Below, piece by piece: positions 57,028-64,000 of a stretch of 64,000 bases of DNA. The DNA is from an uncultured virus (IMG/VR IMGVR_UViG_3300030104_003092) (lineage: Duplodnaviria > Heunggongvirae > Uroviricota > Caudoviricetes): IMG/VR virus record IMGVR_UViG_3300030104_003092; one strand, 5' to 3'. The position numbers and the translations under genes were made by a program. The notes beneath the pieces were generated by a model. It was not told the DNA's origin. It did no database searches and worked only from the letters and a program-made list of their open reading frames with translations. Every line of letters begins with the position of its first letter. Position 1 is the stretch's first letter.

Positions 57028-58380
57028 ATGGCAAAAACAACTCCAAGATTTAATAAAAGTACAGGGCTTTTTGGAATGGGCGGTGGAAAAAGAAAAGGTG
57101 CTAAAAGTAAAATGCGTCAATTTTTAGATGACTTAAAAGGAAGTAAGAATAAAAAAATAATAAAGTCTTCTAAAAAAGCAAACAAGTCTCGTGTGAAAAC
57201 CATGAAAAAACAACTTAAACAAGAGTTAAAAGATCAGGGTATGAAGGGGAGATTTGCTAGACAAACAGCAAAAGTTACTGCTCCTATAATAGTTCAAAAA
57301 CAAAAAGAAGAAACACTTGCTAATAAAATAAAAGCAAAAGAAGTAGCAAAACAAGAAATGCTTCAAAGACAAAAAGAAGTTACAAAACAAAAAGCAGAAT
57401 CTCAAAAAAATACTACTCCTACACCTTCACAAGGGCAATCAAATGCAAGATCAATCCAAAAAGAAAATGAACGTATTCGTCAAAACCAACAGGCAAGAAG
57501 AGATGCTAGTGCAGAAGGTAGTGCTTATAAAATTACAATGCGAGATGGCTCAATAAAAAATGTACTTGCAAGAAAGCCAGGTGAGTCTGATGCAGACTTT
57601 AAAAAAAGATTTACAGAAATGCATGAAGCTTCCAAAAAAACAAAATCAGCTAAACATGGTGGTGCTCTAGCAATTATGATTGCACCTGTAAAATCAAAAA
57701 AAATGAAAGCAGTAAAAAAAGCACCAGGTGGTGGTGCAATGAAAAAAATGCAAACTTACAAAAAAGGTGGAGCATTAAAAGCAGTACCATCAGATGCTAA
57801 AGGTTTATCTAAACTACCAACAAGTGTGCGAAACAAAATGGGGTACATGAAAAATGGTGGTAAAGTTACTGGTCCAGATAAGAAAAAGAAAAGTGTAGTT
57901 ACTGTAGATCAAGACTTAAAAGATTTAGGTAACGCATTAAAAGAGGGTGTGAAAATGATTACTATTCCTGGTTATGGAGCTATGAAGCTTGCAGAGTACC
58001 TTAGAAAAAGAAAACAAGGAATGAGTAAAGCTGATATAGTTAAAACAAAGAGTGATGGTGCAGAAGCAAAACAGGAGATGGCTAAAATGGGAAATATGAA
58101 AAGAATGGTTGAAAAGCCAACTATGAAAAGAATGGTTGAAAAGCCAACTATGAAAAGAACCATGACCAAGCTTGTTAAAAAGAAAGATAAAAAAATATCA
58201 CTACCTAAAAAGACCGTAAGTAAAATAGATCCTCCAAAAGAAATTAAACTTAAAGGTCGTAAGATGATGTACGGTGGTTCTATGAAAAAAGCTATGTATG
58301 GAGCTAAGATGAAGAAAAAAGCAATGTACGGTGCGAAAATGAAGAAGAAAGCAATGTACGGTGCTAAAATGAAAAAGTAA
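57028..58380 (+). CDS. Highly basic low-complexity protein with KxGG/AMYGA repeats
   Basis: K/M-rich composition; tandem MKRMVEKPT and KKAMYGAKMK repeats. Confidence 0.75.
   Translation: MAKTTPRFNKSTGLFGMGGGKRKGAKSKMRQFLDDLKGSKNKKIIKSSKKANKSRVKTMKKQLKQELKDQGMKGRFARQTAKVTAPIIVQKQKEETLANKIKAKEVAKQEMLQRQKEVTKQKAESQKNTTPTPSQGQSNARSIQKENERIRQNQQARRDASAEGSAYKITMRDGSIKNVLARKPGESDADFKKRFTEMHEASKKTKSAKHGGALAIMIAPVKSKKMKAVKKAPGGGAMKKMQTYKKGGALKAVPSDAKGLSKLPTSVRNKMGYMKNGGKVTGPDKKKKSVVTVDQDLKDLGNALKEGVKMITIPGYGAMKLAEYLRKRKQGMSKADIVKTKSDGAEAKQEMAKMGNMKRMVEKPTMKRMVEKPTMKRTMTKLVKKKDKKISLPKKTVSKIDPPKEIKLKGRKMMYGGSMKKAMYGAKMKKKAMYGAKMKKKAMYGAKMKK
58095..58159 (+). repeat. 27-bp in-frame tandem repeat, ~2.4 copies
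   Basis: TATGAAAAGAATGGTTGAAAAGCCAAC twice plus a partial copy. Confidence 0.9.
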
Positions 58381-58386
58381 ATCTAA

Positions 58387-60912
58387 ATGAAATCACCTCT
58401 TAAAAAATCTATAGGTGAAGTAGTTACCGATTACGGTGCAAAGGTGATGAAAGTATTTAAGGAAGGGCTACTAGGACGTAGCCTTTTCGATTTTTATGGG
58501 GACGTGAAAGCCCTAACTTTCAGAACTAAAGAAGTAACTACTGTACCAACAACTCCTCCTGACGGGAAGGGTGGTGTTATATATACCAAGAATGCAGATG
58601 GTAAGCTTTACTACAAGAGTAACGAAATATCTGAGGTAGAACTTAGCTCTCAGGGTACTAACACAACATATTCCGTTTCTTGCGTGGATGGAGATAACTC
58701 TGATGAAGAGAAAATCAGACTAACTGGTAGTGACTCTTCAACAGATGATGTAGTGTTAGAGGCTGGTACAGGTTTATCTATAGCTAGGGATAGCGATAAG
58801 ATTACTTTTACAAATACTGTAACTGACACTAACACTCAAAACACAACAACCCTTTCTTTTGTAGACAGCTCTAACGATATTATATTAAGAAATACAACTG
58901 GCGGTGCTGGGTCAGGAACAGATGATATAAAGTTTGTTGCAGGATCAAACGTAACCTTAACTCATACTGACGCTGATAATATAACCATAGCATCAACAGA
59001 TACAAATACACAGCTATCTACAGAAGAAGTTCAAGACATTGCAGGAGCATTAGTAGCAACAGGTGGTACTAAAACAGGTATTACAGTTACATACGATGAC
59101 GCTAATAATAATATGGACTTCGTTGTAGATGATCTTCATAATGTTGGCGTAGATGGATCCGCTAATCAACTTATAACTGATGATGGTGATGGTACGGTTA
59201 CTTCAGAGTCTAACTTTACCTATGATGGCACAGATATGGCTGTGACTGGTGATACTTTTACTTTTACATCAGCTAATGCTAATGATCCTTATTTTATAAT
59301 ACAAACTACTTCTGATGACGACAACGCACCAAGGTTAAAACTATACAATAATAGACCTTCTGATGGTGGAGATGATGGCTCTTGTGGAACTATAGAGTTT
59401 TCTGGTAAAGACGATGGAACTCCAACTGAAAATATATACGGTAAAATTGAAGTTACATCTAATACTACTTCTGCTGGAGCAGAAATTGGTGCTATGGATT
59501 TTTATTTAAGTAATGGATCTGGCAGTTATCGACAAGTCCTTTCAATGCAAGGTGATGGCGATCTAGATGTGTCTGGGAATCTACAAATTAGTGGCGATCT
59601 TAAAGTTAGTGGAAATGATATTAAAGATAATGATGGTACAACATGTATAACTTTTGACAGTAGTGGTAATACTACTGTTAGTAACGATTTAACTGTTGGT
59701 GGTGTAGCTGGTGATGCTACTTTAATAATATCTGCAGACACAGACAACTCTACTGAGACAGATAATGCTAGACTTTGGTTTAAACAGGATGGAGATATTA
59801 CTGAAGGTGCTATACAAATGTCTAGTAATGTTCTTAATATTATAAACAATATATCTACTGCTGGTGGTATAAGCTTTCAAACAGGTACAACTAACAATAC
59901 AGGGACAACAGATCCAGCTACTGGAGCTACAGAAAGATTAGCTATATCTTCTGCAGGTGTTGTTAGCGCATCTGGTGATTTAACAGTTGGTGGCGACTTA
60001 ACTGTATCAGGAAATATTATAAACTCAGGAGTGTCAGCTATTTTTAAATCTATTGACACAACGCAGAATTACGTGGTTGAATTAAAAGGGGAAGGTGGTC
60101 CTAAAGTTAATTGGGGAGATACTGATAGCTCTACAGATGCTTTTATGACTATGGGAGCTTTCTCCAATATAAATCAAATAGATACAGCCGCTAGGGATTT
60201 TCACTTATATGGTACCAATACAACTACAGGTTTTTATTTTGATGAATCAGAGGGAAAGTTTGGAATAGGAACAGATGCTCCATCAGAAAAACTTTCAGTA
60301 AATGGTAATATGACAGTAAGTGGCGACTTAACTGTATCAGGTAACGATATAAAAGATTCAGGTGGTACTACAGCATTTACATTTAGTGGGAGTGGTGGTG
60401 TAACTGTTCCTTCAGGAAATTTAGAGGTAGGTAATCACGTAACTATTCAAAAAACATTAACTGTTGGTGGTTCAGGAACAACTCCTGCGGTAACAATGGG
60501 TACTGCTAAAATAACTTTAAGCACTGCAGATTGTAATACTTTACATAGTACACCAGTGCAATTAAAGAGTGCTGCTGGAGCTAACACAGTTATATTACCA
60601 ACAGGTGGTGTGATAAGAATTGATAGAGCTGCTACACAAACCAATTCTGCAGCAGATTTGAATTTTCATTATGCAGATCAAGAACCAGGTGCATACACCG
60701 ATTCATCACTTTATCACATAAGAAGATTTATGTATAATGAAACTGGGGATAGAGTGTATATGATTGCTCCTTTAACTGGTTTCCAATCATCTCAAAATTT
60801 AACTGATGATGTAAATAAAGCTTTAGAAGTTTCTGTTGATTCAGCACTTACAACTAATTGTTTTACTAGTGTAACAATTTTTTTAACTTATAACATAATT
60901 GATATTTCATAA
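58387..60912 (+). CDS. Tail fibre/spike-like protein
   Basis: TDTNT repeats, EEVQDIAG, GDLTVSGNDIKD repeats, KFGIGTDAPSEKLSVNG. Confidence 0.75.
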   Translation: MKSPLKKSIGEVVTDYGAKVMKVFKEGLLGRSLFDFYGDVKALTFRTKEVTTVPTTPPDGKGGVIYTKNADGKLYYKSNEISEVELSSQGTNTTYSVSCVDGDNSDEEKIRLTGSDSSTDDVVLEAGTGLSIARDSDKITFTNTVTDTNTQNTTTLSFVDSSNDIILRNTTGGAGSGTDDIKFVAGSNVTLTHTDADNITIASTDTNTQLSTEEVQDIAGALVATGGTKTGITVTYDDANNNMDFVVDDLHNVGVDGSANQLITDDGDGTVTSESNFTYDGTDMAVTGDTFTFTSANANDPYFIIQTTSDDDNAPRLKLYNNRPSDGGDDGSCGTIEFSGKDDGTPTENIYGKIEVTSNTTSAGAEIGAMDFYLSNGSGSYRQVLSMQGDGDLDVSGNLQISGDLKVSGNDIKDNDGTTCITFDSSGNTTVSNDLTVGGVAGDATLIISADTDNSTETDNARLWFKQDGDITEGAIQMSSNVLNIINNISTAGGISFQTGTTNNTGTTDPATGATERLAISSAGVVSASGDLTVGGDLTVSGNIINSGVSAIFKSIDTTQNYVVELKGEGGPKVNWGDTDSSTDAFMTMGAFSNINQIDTAARDFHLYGTNTTTGFYFDESEGKFGIGTDAPSEKLSVNGNMTVSGDLTVSGNDIKDSGGTTAFTFSGSGGVTVPSGNLEVGNHVTIQKTLTVGGSGTTPAVTMGTAKITLSTADCNTLHSTPVQLKSAAGANTVILPTGGVIRIDRAATQTNSAADLNFHYADQEPGAYTDSSLYHIRRFMYNETGDRVYMIAPLTGFQSSQNLTDDVNKALEVSVDSALTTNCFTSVTIFLTYNIIDIS

Positions 60913-60914
60913 TT

Positions 60915-61667
60915 ATGGCATTAGCAAATAAAAAATATACAAGATTCTATTCTACATCAGGAACTGATGCTGATAAGGTAGCCGATTCTAAATTATTAGA
61001 GGTTAAAGATCTTTGGGATAAAGATGTAGCTAATGGTGGTAATTTAAACTTATTAAATGATCCTATTCTTGGTCCTGTTATTTATCAAATGCAACAAGTT
61101 CAAGATGACTTAGATTTAGTTAGAGATCATATTGTAAATGATATTGTAGGACAACAAGGACCTCAAGGTGCTACAGGACCACAAGGACCTGCAGGTAGTA
61201 ATGGTTCTAACGGAAGTAATGGTGCGGCAGGGGCAGATGGAGCTGCTGGTGCTGACGGTGTAGCAGGAGGAGTATATGACAATGATTTAAAAATACTACC
61301 AACTGAGTTTGTAAGTAATGATGATGGTAAATCATTAAACTTTGCTGTTATAGAAGATGATGCTAAAAGCACATTTGGTGTTCGTGTAAGCGATGCTGCT
61401 TGTGAATTGTACGCTATGGTGCCTGTACCAAAAGGAAAAAGTGTTAGTAAATTTCAAGTGTATGCAAGCTCTACTTTAAGCACAACTATAGACGAGGTAA
61501 ACTACACAACAGGTAGAGCAACAGGAATAGCAGTTGGAAATACTAACACAACAATAAGTCTTGGTAAAACTGCAGTTGCATCTACATCTACAAACTATTT
61601 TGTAATAAGAGTGATAACAACAGCAACAACAGATTTAATTTATGGAGCCAGACTGATATTAACATAA
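60915..61667 (+). CDS. Collagen-like repeat fibre protein
   Basis: About 13 consecutive Gly-X-Y triplets (GQQGPQGATGPQGPAGSN...). Confidence 0.85.
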   Translation: MALANKKYTRFYSTSGTDADKVADSKLLEVKDLWDKDVANGGNLNLLNDPILGPVIYQMQQVQDDLDLVRDHIVNDIVGQQGPQGATGPQGPAGSNGSNGSNGAAGADGAAGADGVAGGVYDNDLKILPTEFVSNDDGKSLNFAVIEDDAKSTFGVRVSDAACELYAMVPVPKGKSVSKFQVYASSTLSTTIDEVNYTTGRATGIAVGNTNTTISLGKTAVASTSTNYFVIRVITTATTDLIYGARLILT

Positions 61668-61704
61668 TTTTTATATATTTGCAGAACACTTAATTTAAAA
61701 TAAA

Positions 61705-62103
61705 ATGGCAACAGTAACAAAAAAAATAACCATAACAAGTACGGACTTATTGTCTCAGTCTTTAAACCTATCTGTAAGTAAATCTGTAACTGCAAGTGCA
61801 ACTACAGGTTTAGCTCGTCAAGCAATAACATCTACAGCTAAAGGAACAGCATCTGGTCAAGTTACTTTATATACTTCAGGAGAGTTTACCTCCCCTAACT
61901 ATTTGTTTATAAAGAATACAGATACGACAGAGACAGATTATATTTCTGTGTATGCTGACACGTCTTCTGACGATCCAGATTTATTGTATATTCCTGGAGG
62001 AGGGTTTGCTATACTACCACTTACAGGTGGGGTAACCCTTAAGGCTTACGCTACAACTACTGGTACTATTGTAGAGTTTATGGTATTTGGTACAGAGGCT
62101 TAA
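61705..62103 (+). CDS. Hypothetical beta-rich structural protein
   Basis: YLFIKNTD..LYIPGGGFAILP pattern; TATATTTG motif upstream at 61674-61681. Confidence 0.65.
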   Translation: MATVTKKITITSTDLLSQSLNLSVSKSVTASATTGLARQAITSTAKGTASGQVTLYTSGEFTSPNYLFIKNTDTTETDYISVYADTSSDDPDLLYIPGGGFAILPLTGGVTLKAYATTTGTIVEFMVFGTEA

Positions 62104-62483
62104 GACTTATTAGAAGAATACTTCTTTTGATTATCACTCTTCAACTTCTTGCAATCATCACATCGACAACCTTTTCTATAAGCTGTCAATGATGGGCAAG
62201 GTTTACCCTGTCTATTCCTAGCAGCACTGTAGTTGCAACTCTTGTGAGAGAAAGCAATATTATTAATATCAAAAAATAAACCCTTTGGATCTTCTGAGTG
62301 AAGCCAAGGGGTTTTGTGTTCTATAGTAAAGTTATCTGGGTCTTTTATTTCTGTGGCACACTGATAGCACCAATTCATATCTAACTCTTTAGCAAACTCA
62401 AATAGAAGGGTTTTCTTGAGTCTATTGGCAGCAGTGCCAGGATCCATACCTAACTGCCTAGTCTTCTCTTTCTTGATCCCCAT
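62100..62483 (-). CDS. HNH endonuclease-like protein
   Basis: CYQC..IEHKTPW..NIAFSHKSCN plus C-terminal Y.KGCRCDDC; start placed at MGIKK. Confidence 0.8.
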   Translation of the reverse strand: MGIKKEKTRQLGMDPGTAANRLKKTLLFEFAKELDMNWCYQCATEIKDPDNFTIEHKTPWLHSEDPKGLFFDINNIAFSHKSCNYSAARNRQGKPCPSLTAYRKGCRCDDCKKLKSDNQKKYSSNKS

Positions 62484-62854
62484 CGTTAGTTGATACACTG
62501 ATTACATTACCAATAGGATCTTGACAGACTACAACACATAAGTCGTCAACCCAAAAAACACTATAGATTATATTTAATGCTCCTCCGTACATTATTTTTT
62601 TTTGCAAGGTATAAAATTTTTTTGAGATGTAAAAAGGTTGGGGGTTGTATACTATGGCGGACTGCGTTCAGCTGCAGCCGAAACCGAATCCTCGTTGGGG
62701 GGTGGTCGACCGAATCGCAGTACATAGAATTGTAATGTCGTTTCTAGTTTCACTTCAGATAATCCTATACTACTTCTTATCTAAGCTAAAAAGAACAGTA
62801 TCCGAATGGTCCCTGTTCCCTGTTAAACTATCCATCAGGTATATTCCAGAGACA

Positions 62855-62894
62855 GCTGATCAGATGCACCTTAATGCTGAGTAAGGTACACGTG
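62855..62894. repeat. 40-bp intergenic element, copy 2
   Basis: 31/40 identity to 374-413. Confidence 0.75.
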
Positions 62895-63068
62895 CTTTCG
62901 TTGTGATGGGATGAGAGGGGAGGCATAACTCCCCCCATAAACTAACCAAACCACAAACCATACAATTTACTCTACCACATTGCTACAGGTTAACCTACAA
63001 TTTAAGGCTGTTTTCTTGCCCTCTGCTTGACGATATTATCATAGCTATGTTACGATACTATAGGGCAT

Positions 63069-63097
63069 AAAAAAAGGGAGCATTTAGCCCCCCTTTT
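63069..63097 (-). terminator. Rho-independent terminator
   Basis: Minus-strand AAAAGGGGGGC-TAAAT-GCTCCCTTTTTTT. Confidence 0.8.
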
Positions 63098-63113
63098 AAT
63101 CGGTTTGAATTGG

Positions 63114-63188
63114 TTAGTATCTACTGCTTATCATCTCGTAAATGGTTAGGATGATTAGCACACCAACAACAAGATGAACTATGAACAT
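63114..63188 (-). CDS. Possible 24-aa hydrophobic peptide (not in ORF track)
   Basis: MFIVHLVVGVLIILTIYEMISSRY*; overlaps the upstream stop and precedes the terminator. Confidence 0.45.
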   Translation of the reverse strand: MFIVHLVVGVLIILTIYEMISSRY

Positions 63189-63763
63189 AACTCACCCTCC
63201 TCTTGACTATCAAAAGAATCTGCTAATACATCATCAGATACATCTATAAAAGCCACATCCTGTGACGATGGGCATACCTTATCAATGATTGTATCTATAA
63301 GACTCTCTAAAGCATCATCATCAAAGTCTGCATCAAAGTTAATATCCTCTGCTACACTATTCCAATTGACATGGTCTGTGCATACATCGTAGTCATCAAG
63401 GTAAATTTCACATTGATTCTGAATCTCGAATACTTGGTCAAGTATTTGAACATCATCCTCTGCATTGCTTGTAAATGAATCACTAATACTACCTGCATCA
63501 ATATCAAACTTGAGTAATTCTCTTGGTACTAAATAGCTGAATCTATCTCTTAGAATCTGTCTAAGGTCATCAGCATTAACACCACCTTTATTGATGTTGG
63601 TTTCGATGTCTAATACCTTAGCGTTAAGGTCTTCTAACTGCTCAGTCATAGACTTAACTTCATTGTACAGGTTAGCCAATGGCTCTAACTGATTTTCGAA
63701 GGCTTTAGCCTTGCTTACTAATCGGTGAATGTCTGAGATAATCTCTCTTGAAAAATTGTTCAT
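63179..63763 (-). CDS. Acidic hypothetical early protein with N-terminal coiled coil
   Basis: 194-aa ORF; very D/E-rich C-terminal half. Confidence 0.8.
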   Translation of the reverse strand: MNNFSREIISDIHRLVSKAKAFENQLEPLANLYNEVKSMTEQLEDLNAKVLDIETNINKGGVNADDLRQILRDRFSYLVPRELLKFDIDAGSISDSFTSNAEDDVQILDQVFEIQNQCEIYLDDYDVCTDHVNWNSVAEDINFDADFDDDALESLIDTIIDKVCPSSQDVAFIDVSDDVLADSFDSQEEGELCS

Positions 63764-63779
63764 AATTACTTGGTTTTTG
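63646..63779. repeat. Imperfect direct repeat, copy 2
   Basis: 132/134 identical to 1-134. Confidence 0.95.
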
Positions 63780-63969
63780 GGTTAGAATAAAGAGCCAATA
63801 CATTTACATATAAGCCCATGAAATTGATTAGATAAATGAATAACCTAATTGATTGGTTATTCGTGAACATTGTAACATAGCGTTGGTCACTCATCATCAT
63901 GACATCCAACACCATAATCGTAGCTAACAGAATTAGCGATACGATACTGAAGGAATTTAACTTCTTCAT
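63766..63969 (-). CDS. Small two-TM membrane protein
   Basis: Two hydrophobic segments; ends in KTK*. Confidence 0.7.
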   Translation of the reverse strand: MKKLNSFSIVSLILLATIMVLDVMMMSDQRYVTMFTNNQSIRLFIYLINFMGLYVNVLALYSNPKTK

Positions 63970-64000
63970 ATCTGATTAGTTTTAAGTACACTGATTAATG

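Noticed and set aside
58095..58377. Tandem repeats as a CRISPR array or DGR repeats
   Set aside because: In-frame coding repeats of 27 and 30 bp with no spacers; no cas or reverse transcriptase gene in the window.
62645..62884. 79-aa plus-strand ORF
   Set aside because: TTG start, no leader, atypical composition and overlap with a conserved non-coding element.
1..64000. tRNA genes, integrase/att site, stop-codon reassignment, introns or inteins
   Set aside because: No cloverleaf or recombinase motifs recognised by eye; long ORFs are intact under code 11; terL and dnaB are uninterrupted and show no intein-sized insert.

Overview
This looks like a near-complete ~63.6 kb genome of a tailed dsDNA phage with a podovirus-like virion module distantly resembling crAss-like and Cellulophaga phi38:1-type phages. 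A Bacteroidota (probably Flavobacteriia) host is indicated by many TAnnTTTG promoter motifs, A-rich leaders lacking Shine-Dalgarno sites, Q-rule signal peptides and a T9SS C-terminal domain. Layout: divergent small early genes (1-5.8 kb and 63-64 kb); an ERF/exonuclease/SSB/initiator/DnaB/nuclease replication block with no recognisable DNA polymerase, primase, RNA polymerase or integrase (5.8-11.2 kb); a minus-strand virion block (4207-aa polyvalent protein, ejection proteins, tail nozzle and ring proteins, capsid, scaffold, portal, terminase, tandem GroES); lysis genes; a four-gene envelope cassette; small basic proteins; and a plus-strand regulator plus fibre block. Best leads: (1) the 4207-aa protein carries an HExxH metallopeptidase followed by domains, including an ADP-ribosyltransferase-like one, each bounded by a recurring [KRQ]FS[LI] motif, suggesting a self-processing injected polyprotein; (2) a phage-encoded T9SS cargo, outer-membrane barrel, membrane protein and thioredoxin-fold cassette; (3) a candidate ~80-nt sRNA antisense to a 19-bp leader shared by early genes; (4) a split tail nozzle whose N-terminus is fused to a ~1570-aa extension; (5) imperfect end repeats in which two different genes swap at a shared leader-like motif. 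All family assignments come from visual motif recognition, not database searches.
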